The position numbers were made by a program, and so were the translations under genes. Under the pieces are notes generated by a model that was not told the origin of the DNA, did no database searches, and saw only the letters and a list, made by a program, of their open reading frames with translations. 64,000 nucleotides of DNA. Origin: Balanoglossus misakiensis. Its lineage: Eukaryota > Animalia > Hemichordata. Shown here piece after piece: positions 1 to 14,700 of this stretch. The stretch covers positions 8,793,625 to 8,857,624 of the forward strand of contig CM082579.2 in assembly GCA_040954595.2 (NCBI GenBank). The letters are read 5' to 3'. The stretch's first letter is position 1. Each line of letters begins with the position of its first letter.

Positions 1-2861
1 TCCACCTGATAAATGGGGTATCATAAGCAAGTTTTTAATTGCCCACTGTCAAAACACACACATTACAGGACAGGAGATCCCGTATGATAATGTGTGAATG
101 GGCTTGCGTTGATTCATTGCAAAACTGTTATTGAAACAAAAACCCCAATCGCGGCCACCATTATTTCCTCTGTCTTGCATAATTTATGTCACATCTGCTG
201 TAGCTAGCTGCGCAGTTCAATTGTGGAATGCTGGTAATTCGCCGAGACTGACTGAGGGTGCTAATCTAATTTGATCTCCCTCTCTCTCTCTCTCTCTCAT
301 CCTGATAGTGAAGTAGTCAGGGATGGATGATTAACTTGAATATTCATGCACTGGAACGCCGTGACAATTCAAATATGATTTACAGTTGCGCTGTGTTGCC
401 AGTCGTTTCCGATGATCACAGAGTCGGTCTAATCACCGAGATCTCAGCGTTCACCTCGAGGAGTAGACTGATATGCAAAAAAACGACAGTCATAAGATTT
501 CAAAAGAAAATTCAACCCTCAGTCTGCCGATAAATCACCTTTAATACTCGGGTAAAAATGTAATACAGACTGTGTGTTTTCTTATTTGCAAAATCAACAG
601 AGTAATTTTGCTCGCTATCAGTCTCCTGGGGATACGACAGAGATATGTGGAAGATATCGCGTACATGTCCACCTGATCCCGTGTGTTAAACTCTCTACTA
701 GTTTATTTATGCTGATCTATCATCAATGTACTTTATTCCCCCCCCCCCACCCAACTTTACGACAAATGATTTCAAATTGATTTGAAACAATTATTTTGTT
801 GATATTGCTAAACTCCATTCAGCTTAAAATCAAACAGGCTTAAACTCTTTACATATTACATGAATATTTTCAATTATAATTTCTTCCATCACTGAATACA
901 TTCCTGCTCTTGGGTTGGGAAGTGCCACTGTCAGCTAGGCTTCTTCGAGATATTTTTTAGGCACTATGATTTTATGTAGATTGCTTTCTTATTTCATTAT
1001 AATTTTTATATTTTAATTTTTATGTGTGATGTTCAGAGGATAGGCACTTCTTGTAGCTGTTGGTGACCTGAATAGAAACTGAATGAATGCACACGTGCAA
1101 ATAGTGTAAAAAAATACACAAATATCACACATATACATACATATTACATACATACATATATACATGATAGCAAAGTTGCTATAATTGTGTCAATCCATGT
1201 AAATTATCACTGATTCATAGAAATCAAACGTGATCCCTGTCACTTGCCTGAGTGAATCGTCATCATTCCCTCGAGGGTAAAACACCTCTAGCCGTTCCCT
1301 TCTTATAGTGCAAATTAATTAGCAACTGTGATCACCATCTTCCTAATCAACTCTGCCCGTTTATCCATCACTGGCGGCCATCTTTATTTTTTTTTATTTC
1401 TACATATCTTCTTTTCAGCGAGACAGGTTTTAATAACAATTCAGCCTGACCTCTGTGTGCTTTTTGTGGCATCAATCAGACACTGACGTGCCCCTGCTCG
1501 GAGAGAGAGGGACTACCATGAAATATACATGAGTGTTGTGGGAAGCCGTCTCAATAAACTTGGGTTCAGATGCCTGAGGCAAATCACAGTGGCAGTGGTA
1601 GAACAGGTCTGCCTATATATATACGTTGTGCCTGGTTGTGCTGTTTCCTGAGGGCAGGTGTGGCCTTCCCGCTACAAATTAGATGGCAATTAAAATTATC
1701 CCTGTTGATTGTCAGTGCTATGGTAGGGAAAAGTCTGCTACGTGTACGTGTCCATGTGCGTGTGCCCTCTCTAGAGATAGAGAGAGTAAGAGACAATGAA
1801 GAAAAGATTAGTGTTGAGGTCAAAGCATAACAGTTGCTAATAAATGCTCATCTGCAATTATCTGTTGATAGCCCTACAGGACCCCACAGACTTTGTCATT
1901 CATGATTTTGAATCAACCTGACATATACCAAAGTTGTAGTGGGCTGGCCATGTCCCGCCGTTACAGGATCTTTGCACATTGTATGCGTGTGTTAGTCCAA
2001 TAGTTGTTTGGGCGATTCCTGGCAAGGCCGCTTTGTCCCTTACTACTCATGCCAACACAACACAACAAAAGAATTCCTGAGCTGAAGTCAGGCTGGCTGG
2101 ATTTTTAGTTGTGTGCTGTCTTCCACTCTTGTAGACGTTTACAACAACAGCAGGACTTGGCCCTCCTTGTTTTTAGTCTCCCATGATCAATGTCACTGAC
2201 TGTCTGTTGTCAGTAACTGGTTACTATTCCCCCAAGTTGGCCGTTGTGTAAATGCGATAAAGGCATTTCTCCTCACTGCTTATTGTGGCTGGGGGATTTG
2301 CAATTTGATGTACAAAGGTCTGCCTCTTCCCGTTTGTGTCGCACCGCAGGATTACAGAATCTTCATGAATGTTTATGAGCCGTAACAATTACTCCCATCA
2401 CCGGAATCACATTCCTGATTCTCAGTTTCTTGCGAAAAGGCCTTGGTGGTCAGGAGGGAAGCCCCTTTTGTCAATTGTAGTGTTTTTACTTGAGACATCT
2501 GATATAAGTATTATTAGCAAAAACATTTGTGCAGGATTTTTTTTTCAGCCTTCTATCTTTTCCACTCTTTTACTGTGGTTTCTTTGTGACGTGGGTTTCA
2601 TGCACACCTAAGGAGATTTAAAATGAAGGTGGTGGATTTAAGAGCTTCCTGTTGCTTCCTTCCTTCCTTCAATTTTTTTTTATCTTAAATGGAAACCTGC
2701 ATGGGTATACTTTATATCTGCTCTACTTTCGCTACAGTTGCCGTAATCGTTCGTGTTTTCAAAACGTGACAAACCAAATTTATACCTTGAGGTTGGAGTT
2801 AGGATTTAATTAATTCAGGGGTTTTGATTCCCACTCTCCCCCCCCCCCCCAACTGTGTGCG

Positions 2862-2875
2862 GTTTCCATGGCAAC
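2862..2875. promoter_or_regulatory. RFX X-box
   Basis: GTTTCCATGGCAAC matches consensus GTTNCCATGGNAAC; about 320 bp upstream of the candidate first exon, with a reverse CCAAT (ATTGG) at 3041. Confidence 0.55.
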
Positions 2876-3196
2876 CGACACAGCCACCGCTGGTCTGAAT
2901 TCCCCAGCCGTGATCGACACAGTGGGAAAGGGGTCAGAAATGGGTGACCCTGTTTCTTTCCCAGAATGCTGTGTGTTGTCGAGCTGGAGAGAAATCCGCC
3001 ACTGAGCATGCCCCGAACCGGTGCTCGCTCACTGTGTTTTATTGGCATTGCTATGTAAGGCAAAAATGAGCTGACTGTGGAACCGCCGATGTTGTGAGCG
3101 TGTGTGTGTGTGCGCGATATCTCTCGGTGTACTATAGGCCGCGCATGGCGTTGACACAGTCAAGGCTGACTGTTGTTTGTCTGGATATATATCAAC

Positions 3197-3255
3197 ATGA
3201 CTAAAAGGAACTCTATCGCCACCTCACAGTACCTGGAAACCTTCCTGCACTACCT
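3197..3255 (+). CDS. Candidate alternative first coding exon of AFF (MTKRNSIATSQYLETFLHYL)
   Basis: caacATG start, open frame to CT|gtaagt donor (3256); phase 2 matches the acceptor at 17459; promoter-like motifs upstream. Confidence 0.5.
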
Positions 3256-6200
3256 GTAAGTTCGTGTTTTTCATTTTTTTTTCTCTCTGTCTGAGAACGA
3301 GATCGACTCTGTCTTTCAGTGGAGTGTCCATGTAAACACGTCGGTTGAACAGCTTTGGAAAACATTCTGCCGTCGTCACAGTCACATCCGTTGCGTTGGC
3401 CGAACAAGTGTACGTGCGTTTACAGATAATGTTCTTTCACTGGGTTCATAGGCTTTTCAAGTTCTTTTTGTCTCCTCGCATTGTTTTCTTTTTAATGTTC
3501 AGAGCAAATGACAAGGTCATGTGGATTGTTTTCAGCCATTGTTTTATAATAAAAAAGAACATGTTAAAGGTCATGATATATGTACAGTGGACTGCCCACA
3601 GCAAAATGTATACACTTGGCTGTTGACAGGCAACTGTAATTCAAAATGGCTTTAAAGAAACTATGAGAATGCGGCCACGGCTGGTTCGCGCTTGCCAGCT
3701 CACATTATTAAATTATGTTAAAAGCACACAGTACTGTTACATTGGATATCTTTATCTGTGTACAATAAGTGCTAGCACAGGCGTCAATGGTTAAAATCTG
3801 CTGGCTATTAATACCACTGACGGTGAAGGGCTATGAGTGTCAGGATTGTATGGCCGATAAACTGGTTTTCGTCTCGGCCTAACTTGTTTACCGGCTTTGA
3901 GGGGACATTAAAATCGGCGCTAATCTAGTGATGTGACCTTTGTAGCTACACTAACATAAACACTGTTTAACCTATGTGAAGGGGTTCCTTGTAGAGTCAC
4001 GGCCACTGGAATTGTGTCATGCACAGGTTATGTGTAAAAAGGTTTTAGAGACTGTACACAGACTCGTTTGATGTTTCCTGCTTTTTTTTTCTTGAATGAG
4101 AGGATTTAAAGTGGTCAGACAGCTAAGGGCTTGTGTCTCGAAAGAAGTGATTGTTTTTTGCCGGCAAGGATAACAATGCAGGCTTATACAGCAACCATGT
4201 GTGATATATCTCTCATTTACATTTACATTTACATACACATACACAATGTGCCCTTCCAAAAATAAAAAGATGAAAATTGGGAACTTACATATTCTCCTCC
4301 CAACCGGGGTGAGAACATTCCTAACTCGTGTCATGGGTATCTTTCCCCGAGAGGAGTTGTAAGTGATTAAATCAAGGTCTTTGTTATTAGTGGGCATCAC
4401 TTTGCTTAAAGAGGAGAACCAAACTTAGTGTGAAGTGATGCGAGAGAGGGATTTCTGTTGTGACAGCGTATTTGGCATTCATTACTGAGTTGTCCAAAAT
4501 AGTTTATTCTAAATGCATAAGGTACCGTTATATTGCCAATGTAAAAATTCTCCCACTGTCAGTGGAAGCCATTCAGTGTGACTGAATTCTTTAAATTGCA
4601 TTAAATATTAAGTGTATATTCATTCATATTTTCCTGCGGTTGCATCAAAAAAAAAATAATAAAATGTCAAACAGTAAACAGTTAAACGATCATTATAATT
4701 AATCAACAGTTTAATCAGATTTATTTTAATAAATGGAAATTGTTAATAAAAAATAGATGGAAGATAATTTCATGCGTTGTGACAATTGTACAGACAATAA
4801 TGGGATATAGACCTGAAAATTGATCTAAAAATATAAAGAGAGAGTATGTTTTTACTGCCGTGCACACCATTATGCTGTGCTCCTGCAAAATTGTGTGGGG
4901 CCAACGGGCAGGAATAGATAGATGGACTGCCATTGGGTTTCCGCCAGCCAGCACTTTGTCATAATTGAATACTGTCAGATGCTATACTTAGCATCATTGT
5001 ATTATGCATGAATGCTGTACACTGAGAAAGAAAAAGAGAGAGAGAAGAGAGACATATATAGTTTTGTTATATTGTGTATTGGCCGTTTTATAGCTTAATC
5101 CTGCCGTCCCATACGGCACACCAAGCTTAAGTGGGTGGGCTAGCGATTGTGAGGGTTACCCACTTGTTGGGCTTTCAGGGTGTCAATGCAGTGATCATAA
5201 ACTAATAGACACCAGTGGATTATATGAGGCGTGATGTGACTGACAGCAGAATATGGAGGGGTGGATGGATTTCATGTTCCCTCGTTTTTCTCAACATGTC
5301 CCACCCACCTTAAAGTCGCACAAATTATTGTCAGTGGAGGGTTATGACATTTTACTTATGACCCAAAGCATTTTATTAATTTTCTCAGAGCATGGTGTTC
5401 ATTGTAAGATTTTAAACAAGTTTCAAATGTACCACAACTGTATATCGCGCACCAACAGCCAAGGAGCTCATAGCTAACGCTTCATCAAATGAAGTTATTA
5501 TACTGCTTTCTGCCGCTACTAAAGTTCGCGTGATGGCATGAAATAATTTCAGTAGCGGGAGTAAATTTAGTCGTAAAAATGACTGAAATTGTAACATTAT
5601 TGCCCAGCCGGTAGAGTTGCACAGTAGCTACATTTAATTGTCACACATGGTTCGAATTGTAGCCAATCAAAATCATATGGAAACAGGTGATAGCACTATT
5701 CTGAGTGATACACATTTTGATTCGACCTTCTAACCTTTGCAAGCGTTTGGCTCATCATGACCATCCACAACAACTTCAGACGGCTGAAGATGAAATTTAA
5801 TGCAGTACAATATGGTCAATACCTAATACTAGTATGCTTTGTGAGTTTGAGAGCACCAAGGGGACAGTCACAGATAACGCATTAGGCTGATAATTGTAGT
5901 GTGTGCGTGTTCTACACCACATTTTGTGCCACTTGGGTGTGTTGTGATCCTCTGAAGAAAATTATTTTAATGCAAATACATGTATATACAAGCTGGATAT
6001 AACAAACTTAAAAAAAATAGAAATATCTGGGGGGGGGGGGGAATGTTTAGTTTGATGGAACCATTACCAGTATTCCACCTAGGACACCATAGTGCTGTAA
6101 AAATTCAAGAGTCCTCCTTACCCACTTTTAATATCGAGAAAATCTCGAAATTAATCATCAGACCACTCATAAACATGCAGTTTTACGGCATCAAGGAAAT

Positions 6201-9200
6201 TTGTTAAATTCCCAGATCACTCACAAAACACTGTTATTTTCCCGACTACTTGATTTGCCATCGCTACTGTAAAGGGGATTTGTATTTTATTAACCTTTTC
6301 TTTTACACCCCTGTGATTCACCGCATAGTATAACGTTCCCGTGGCATTTCTATAACCGGGGATATCATACCACTGGTGACACGGGGTACACAGGCTATAA
6401 AAGCAGTGTGATCGAAGTAGCAGGCGCTATAAAAACATGGACTGAAAACCATGTCGGGTGCTGATGTCAAGTTGAGGTATCTGTGGCCGCTGTACATATT
6501 GCTCGCACATATCAACGTATTTGTCTGTCAGCCCAGGTTTATCGCATCACATCAAACTTCATGTACGGGAATTCCAATCCATTCTAGCTGCCTGCTGACA
6601 AAGCCACCCGAATCGGGGCAACGGCGCAATAAAATATTTAATGGGAAGCGCTCAGTCCGTTTTACAAATATTGGTGGATCACTTTTTATCAAGTGATCAC
6701 CCGCACTTTAGTAATTATGTTTTACATGAATGGAGGATGTGATTATGAAAGCAGGGGAGGGGGGGGGGACAGTGTTAGGCTGCATGCACAGGGGACCGAT
6801 CTGCCCTTAACCGAGTCGTGATCACGAATCTCAGTTGATAGCGCAAAAAAATGAGTAGGTGGGGTAGATGCCACAGTATGATTGTGCCAGCGATCCATCT
6901 GTTCGCAGGATATCAGAAGGTACTTCACACACTACCTGTATTTGCGATTAACCCCGAGCTAAATATATCTGCTTAGTAACATGATACGCAGCATCAGAAC
7001 ATTCATTTTTGATGAAGTCGCAAAATAAAAGAAAACATGAATTTGTGTTGCCTTGAATGTAGATTTCTTTTCTGTTTGTGGACAGGACTAAAAGATCTGA
7101 TCATCAGGATTACACATTTTGAAAAATTTCCTGAAGGCAAAACTATTATCTCTTTGGTTTGGTACAGATTTTACCCAGGACTACTCGTGCTAAGTAATAA
7201 ATATTTCCAGAAGTCTCCGCAATCTCTTTTGTGTCCGTAGAAATTTTACTAAAACCAGCATGTAATGCAAACAAATATGGGATGCGCGGACACCGGGACT
7301 ATATATTCCATTTCAAAATAACTTCGGGGCAAGGCCTTGGATGAAAAGTAATCAAGGTACTGACTGTGACGGCTCTTTAGAGCAAATTGATTTTACAAGT
7401 GCTTATTAACTAGCAAAAGTTGCTGTAAATTTTCCATGACAGTAATGTAGGCGTATGTTTGCATAGGTGTGTTGATGTGTAGTGTAGACAGTGGTAGTGT
7501 GTTGTCTTTGAGAAGACATATCAGACAGTCAGTCAGTCAGTCACACTTAATAGAAAACGGTCCAAACTGTGTGCAGTTTAATTGATATGGTAATGCATCA
7601 AAGATGAAGAGTTGATTGCCGATAAAATCAGCTAGTCCAGTGTCTTATAATTGATAAGTATTCCCTTGACTTCCTGTGCCAAATTGTTTATATTTGTGGA
7701 TCAAACACAACATTTAATAGGGTATGTTCGCGGTAAAGAATTACGGAATATAAAGATCATAAAGCCATCGTTTCTGAAGGCATGAGCGAGTTGCGTCATG
7801 CCTGCCCTTTAATGGAGAATTGGGGCATTAAAAAGTCTTTGTGGTTTTGTATCTCCAGCGGTATTATTACGGCATCGTATTTCAATGCCACAAATGGACG
7901 TGCGCGCATATACTGTTTCATACAATATTCATACAAGGACAAGATGTACACATATATCTCCCTCCCTCCCCCCTACACACACACCACAATCACTAGGCGA
8001 CCAAATTTAAACTAGAACTGAATATTTCACTGAGAGGTCAAAGTACTCGGTTGTAACGTGAAGTAACCAGAATAATGAGTGAATAATTTGATTTCCCCTT
8101 CACAATAATGAAGTCGTACTATAACACCCTGAATTATATTCTTTTTTTTCCACATTGTAAACCTGTTAAGGGAAATTTCACTTTTGTTTGTTATTTTAAT
8201 GTCAATGCTTAAAATGGACCTTTGAGTAGCAGTTTGTGTAAATTGCATTTAAAGCCATCTATTCACATTCGGCGGCCATCTTTTATTTCAAAGCTCAGCT
8301 GCCGCAGTAGCGACGGACGTAGGAATTCAGAGGGGGGGGGGGGGTTTCAGAGGGGGAAAAAATAATGACAGTGGGGCTTGATCCCAGTGTCTGCATGGCT
8401 AATTTTACGCGAAGTTGGTGTTGAAATTTGTGTGAAGTCAGCAAGACGCAGACTGTGGAACAAATTGGCAGTATTCCACCAGCCAAGGTCGCCATGGTAG
8501 CTGCCACCACTTCTCAGCGTTCGCACAGCCGCATATTTGGAGAAGTATTAAAATGCGGCTATTTTTAGCCAGACGGTTGACATATTGTGTGAGATCGCGG
8601 AGGCTAGAAAACGCCACATAAGCTCCACACAGGATTTAATAAAAACCACACAGAGTGAAATCGGTAGCAATTGGATAGCATTAGATGTGGGTGTTTTCTT
8701 TGAATCCATAAAGTAATAGACAGCACAAATATAAATCATTTCCCCATAAATTCATCATCTAGAATTATTGTAATCGTGAAAAGGTGAGCACAGATTCTGA
8801 AGTAAAATATATTTATATCATAATTATCAGGAAATATTTAAATATATCGACTACAGTAATATTATCAGTACCATCCTCAATAAATCATGGTGTCATTTTT
8901 GTCCTCATTATTTTAAATTGCCACATTCGTATACGCCGGTATTAGAGCGATATTCTTGAATGCGATGAAAAAATTTGCCATGATGTTATTTTGGAGCAGT
9001 CTGTTACACATTTGAAGAAATTACTGAGGATGTCAGGGAGAGAAAATGTGTTGCTACTTGACGAAAGGCTAATGTATCCGCGGAATATTAACCCGCCGTG
9101 TCAGAACAAGTATAATTTGATTTGTTTTCCGCAGGGGGAGATGAAATGAAAACAACCCCAGACTCTGCCTGGTTATTAATATTTGATATTATCTATAACT

Positions 9201-11727
9201 GCTGGGCCCAAAATACTCTGAAGCAGGAAATGTATACTGCAGATGGTTGATGCTGTTCAGGATAATGGCTTGATGTGATACAAGAATGATTGTCTCTCAT
9301 GGGTGACATGAAAAAACAGTTGGCACAGTTTTTGAAATCACGGCAAGCGATTATGACGCTCTTTCTGTACTGCCTGCCAAACGCTAAAAAATGTATAGTG
9401 TAAATATCAAAATATAAAATATTGAAAACAATTTTTTAATATGATTAATTTTGTTCTGATGGAAATTTTACACCCCTTAAATGTCAATGTTTACAAAATG
9501 TTCGGGTCTATTAACTGATGCTGAATAAAAAGATGCGGAGGAGTTTGACTGCGTGATAAAATGAGATAGATGTGTCAGGGACCATTTCAGCTTCATTGTA
9601 ATAACCAGAGATTACCCAAAGGAATAAGGTCATGAAAAGAAATGAAGGTGCGGCCAGTCAGCGACTATAAATTGACTTCATAACCGGGTTGTCAGCGTAT
9701 TGAATTTAACCTGCCATCCGTTAGCAGAGTAAACCCCCTCCACCAGTTGATTTGGGCCTGATCAGCGTAATAAAATAGCTTTATAAAACGCTGTTGTGGA
9801 CTTAAACACTGAAATATCTGAACAAAAAAATTGATTGCTTGTCCCGAAACGGTATAGCGCCTAAAGACAGCTATGTTTTCAATGCAAGTGCCCGACAAAT
9901 GATTCTTGGAATTCATTGAATACATTGATTGGCTGACAGGGTTTGTGTATTTATGCGCGATGATACCGCTGCTAAATATATAAGTGTTGTTTGCATCAAC
10001 ATTGATCTCTGCGCACTGTTTGCTCGTAGGTTGTGTGTGTGTGTGCATGAAATTTTTAAGTGACATTTAATAGTCCACTGCCATTCTTAATAATATGTGG
10101 TCTACATTGTAGAAGTAAACATGAAACTGTCACAGTTAACCTGCGGTTTGGAACAGATTTTAAAAAGGAATATCTTGGTAGATTTCACGAAATGTAATGT
10201 TTGTGCGACGTTCAAAATAGAAGTTTTATTTTTAGCCAATGAAAGAAATGTAGACCCGATTTCCAATATCCGTTTGTTTGCCCAGATTCTATACAACGTG
10301 TAATTTTGAGAATGGCATTATAAAGACTGCAGTTGAATCATAGAAGGACAGAAAAGGCACAATATTGCTTCGCCGTGTTTCCGAGCAAATATTGACGTGA
10401 AACGGGAGAATCTGTTTTATCAAGCTTCTGAAACGCAACACCTCAATTGAGTGTATCTAGTGTGTGTTGATCAGCAGCTATGAATGTGAGTGCATATAAG
10501 CGGGATTAACCCTTATGCCTGTGGGGCAACTCGTCCTTTCCAGTAAAAACCGCATCAGCCTCACAATTTTGTTCTCCGTCATAAAATGTATGAGAATCAC
10601 AGAATTTTAGGGTCAAATGTTTTATTTTGAATGTGCCACATAATTACACAGCAGAATGGAGTTAATCTGTGAAGACTACAATGCATGTGTTTGACGCTTA
10701 TCAGTTCACTGCCCAATAATTGCATATCCTGCGATAAAAACTGTCCAGACATGTACTTCATGAGCCTTTATGAAATATCAAATATTTTCATAAAGATTTA
10801 ATGTGTACCAGTCACTTAAATCAAGTTTTATTCTTTATTCATAAAGGTAGTTCATTCGAGGGCATTTTTATTCATTGTTGGCTGTTTAATTTTTAATACG
10901 CATTTTTCATTATTGTTGCTAATATTTATGTAACCTATTATAATATAGTTGTGAAATTTTACATTTTTTGTCTGGTCATGAAGCATAAGTGTGTCAATCT
11001 TGATAATCATGTTTCAGTTACAACGCTACAATTTGTCAGTAATTTATTTTAAAACCCATTGGAGTTCCTAGACTCCGGAATGAATTCCGTATTAAGTCTA
11101 CAAGACACAGGCAGAAGTCGGAGGAAAAAAAAACTGCTGAAAACCCATCAGGCCATTTTACAAATTCCTCGACTAACATTTGTAAACACACACATATGCA
11201 ATGTCCTTGGTGTTATGTGTTGGCGGGGTACCGATTGCAAAATGTAAGGGAGATTACTGTCAGCTCCCCAGTGCAATTTACACACTACAAGTACATTCTT
11301 AAATCAGGATAGAGTTACAAGGTGACCTCCTGTAGTGAAGCACTCTGACCCCGGCCGGCTGGGTGATGCTGTGCGTGCGAGTGTTGCTAGTTCTTGTCTG
11401 TGGGGTGTTAGATCCAATTTAGGGCACTTCAGGTGGCTGTGTATTTTGTTTTATTTTGTTTTGAAGAAAAATTAATAGTTGCGTTTGTTTATAGCGTTCT
11501 CAAACCACATACTTTGACAATCTTGCAATACTTTAAATTCACTATCAAGGGATAAATAAAATGAGTGAAATTACTTTTGCAGTTTATATCCCAGATAGCA
11601 TTGAATTTAGCAAAGTCCCCAATGAGAATTTTTATATAAAATGTAATCGTGACAGAGGAAGTTTACCGTTCTGTAATTAGAATGAAATCAGTTATCCCCA
11701 GTGTTTGATGTAGATGGATTAGATGTT

Positions 11728-11796
11728 GTCTAGTATCTAAGCCGTATTTTGTAGTTTTGGGAGCAAAGTGGACATAATACGGCTAGATACTAAGAC
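11728..11796. other. ~70-nt imperfect hairpin (pre-miRNA-like or foldback remnant)
   Basis: Arms gtctagtatctaagccgtatt (11728-48) and aatacggctagatactaagac (11776-96) are reverse complements with two bulges; inner tttg/caaa pairing. Confidence 0.5.
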
Positions 11797-14700
11797 TTGA
11801 TTAGACGAAGATAACACTTTACAGACAGTCAGGTCATCATCAGCCATTGATGTCTGACCCAACAAGAGGGGTTAATCTCAATCTGTATTCTTTTTTCTTG
11901 TTGAGGATAATAGCATTAAGTAGATGGCTTAGTTTTATGCAACTCCTGTTTTAAACTCTCATATTTTTCCTAGCAAATTTTAAGCCATTTTCTCCAAAAT
12001 AAACTTCCTGCCAGACGAGTGATGAGACTGTTTGCGATTGAACAAAATAGCAGAATATATACCATAAAGTTCAGTGTTTGACAAACTGATCACAAAGTGC
12101 ATTTTTACACACAAGTACATGCGTCTGAACAAATCGCATACTGTACGTACAAGAACGTGGCGTGTCTGAGAATTTGATCACAAAGAATGTGTGATCTAAT
12201 TTATGTGGCTGCTTGTCGTCCCTCCGTCAACAAACACAGCTACGATGTTTCTCAATAAATAACAAATAAAAAATGAGGCAGATCATTTGAGGAGAATTTG
12301 ACCAATATAAAAGAGTTTTCAAAAAAAAAAAAAAATCGCCCAGGTCATGTGGCATGAATAAGATTTAAATTACTTTCGCAGAATTCGTGGAAATCATCGA
12401 GCTTAATTTGAGGCTGCTTTTATTGATACAGAGCACACACTGTGTAAAACGGTCGGGTCCCCCTGAAAGGCCTACATGTAGTAAGTACAAACGCTCTTAG
12501 AAAATTGTCCTCTTGTTATTGCCACCTGAATGATCCCAAAGTGGTTCAGCCTCTCATGAGCAATAACAGCGAAATCGTGATGATGAATCTTGGCAGGGTC
12601 CCCCAGGTGGGGCAGCAAGCAGCACGGCCTGCAAAGTTGTACTTGATTCACACATTCAACACACAAAAAAAGGGGGGGGGGAAGGTTGGATACGTCTCGT
12701 GCCTGGATGGTCGCAGCTTATTTTTTTCGGACAGCAGTACTATCTGCTGTGTCACTCAATGTGGTATCTTTTATCAGAAATGTGTGTTTTGACTGCAGTT
12801 CAGTTGGGCAAATGTCTCTATGCGACATGAAACTGTACAGCTGAGCTAGAGTTTTTGGGTTGTGCACACACACGATTAGAGTGTGAGCGATCCGATTCCT
12901 GGAAAAATCGATAGGGAAAATTTTTGAGGCTATCTAGGATCTTTGTGAGTAAATAATCGCACCGACTCTTGAGTTAAAAACAAGGAAGATTGGAACACAA
13001 GATTGATATTTCAGTCCTCTGAATTGTTTTCTTATCAGATGCAAAATTGTTATCTCAGAATAGAATGGATATCCGGCATGGCTGTCTGTAATGAAAAGGT
13101 CACAACCACTCTCTTCCATCACTGATCTGTGGTTAATTAATTAAACCACATCCTACTCAGTTGATTAGTTGCTTTCAGTGCATGAGATCAGGCAAATATG
13201 ATATAAAAGGTGAAAGTGTGAATAACAAACTGAAATTGGTTTTAAAACATAAGATTCTATTAAAGAAAATCAATCTGTGTGATATTACATGTAAACATAC
13301 TATTTTTTTTAAATCCTTGATAAATAAATATGTCGGATAAAACAGCCGTGGCAGATAGTTCACTAGAATAGACACTGTCTTTGTAGCCAAAATAAAAATC
13401 AGTCCATAAAGTACAGTAGCCTGATTGGTATGGACAGGAAGAATAACACATTTGAACTGACTGACTCATCAGTATATAAGACATTAATAGATGCATTAAT
13501 GGTCGTATAAATCTGTCTGACCCACTGCCTTGACCTGCTTGCTTCTGACCTTTACCTGAATGATTGGAAATTGTGTATGGATTGGGACCATTCCCCCTCA
13601 TCGCCCCCAGCTGCCTTGTCGCTTGGCAACAAGTTGCTATGGTAATGGATCACTTATATATTGTCACATACACAAAAATCTTGACGAGTTTGACCGTCTT
13701 TAAGTTATTGCAACGTTGTAAGTTGTAGGTTTTGTATTTTCGTAATGAGTGTTGGCGCTGTGGATGGTTGCGTTTGGAACAGGGCCGGAGTGTACATGAG
13801 ATGATTTAAGTTTTTCTTCAGCAAGAACCCTGAGCAAATGCCCAAATTTTTGTTATTGTATGTACGATCTTCTCCTTATCGGCTCAGCTGATCTTGTCCG
13901 GTATCCGGTGTCTGTTCCTGAAGGCTTCCATGTGAACATTTCTGTGGCCATTTCCTGAGCAGTTTGGTCCAAGGTCGTGACTTGGAGCTGACCTCGACGC
14001 AGCAAGCGCACAGGCTGGCTGGCTGGTTGGCAAGGTCACTGATAGACTGCAAGCAGTCGAATGACCCCGCTATATGTCTTGTCATCATCGTTGTCTGTGC
14101 CAGTGCCATTAACAGCACAGGACGAGATTCAGAATTTTTTTTTTGTCAGCGCGGAGATGGTGACCTGAGAAAATGGCCTCCCATTCATGGAGTTGGCTTC
14201 AGTGTGTTTACAGAACCCCTGAATGGTAAGCTTTGGCATCATGAAAGGAAGCAATAATATCTAAAAAATACACGCATGCCACCACTGCATATCAGGAAAC
14301 ACCTTTGGTCTTTTGGTTCATTGCATTGACACTTTTATGAGCTTCAGTTGTGACATGCAATTTCTGTGGATTTAATTTCGCTGCATGTCGTGTTCTGTGC
14401 ATGGGCAGTGAACACTGGCAGTTCTGTGTAGCCAGGCAAACACGTCCAGGTAAAATGCATGAATGGTTCGACAGGTTAGGGGAAAAGATCCGTCACGTCA
14501 ATAACAGTTTATGATATCAGATTGCACAGGGCGCCTTTTCATAAAGCATTCATAATGTAATAGCTGTTATTGGTGCAATTACCACAATCGTGTGGATGAT
14601 CATTTGCTTGCCAAACACAATTTTATTCACGCAATTCGCTCAAAAGAATACTTTCGAGTCATCAGTATTGCTGGCTGTTGTCTGCAATGGATGGGGTTTT

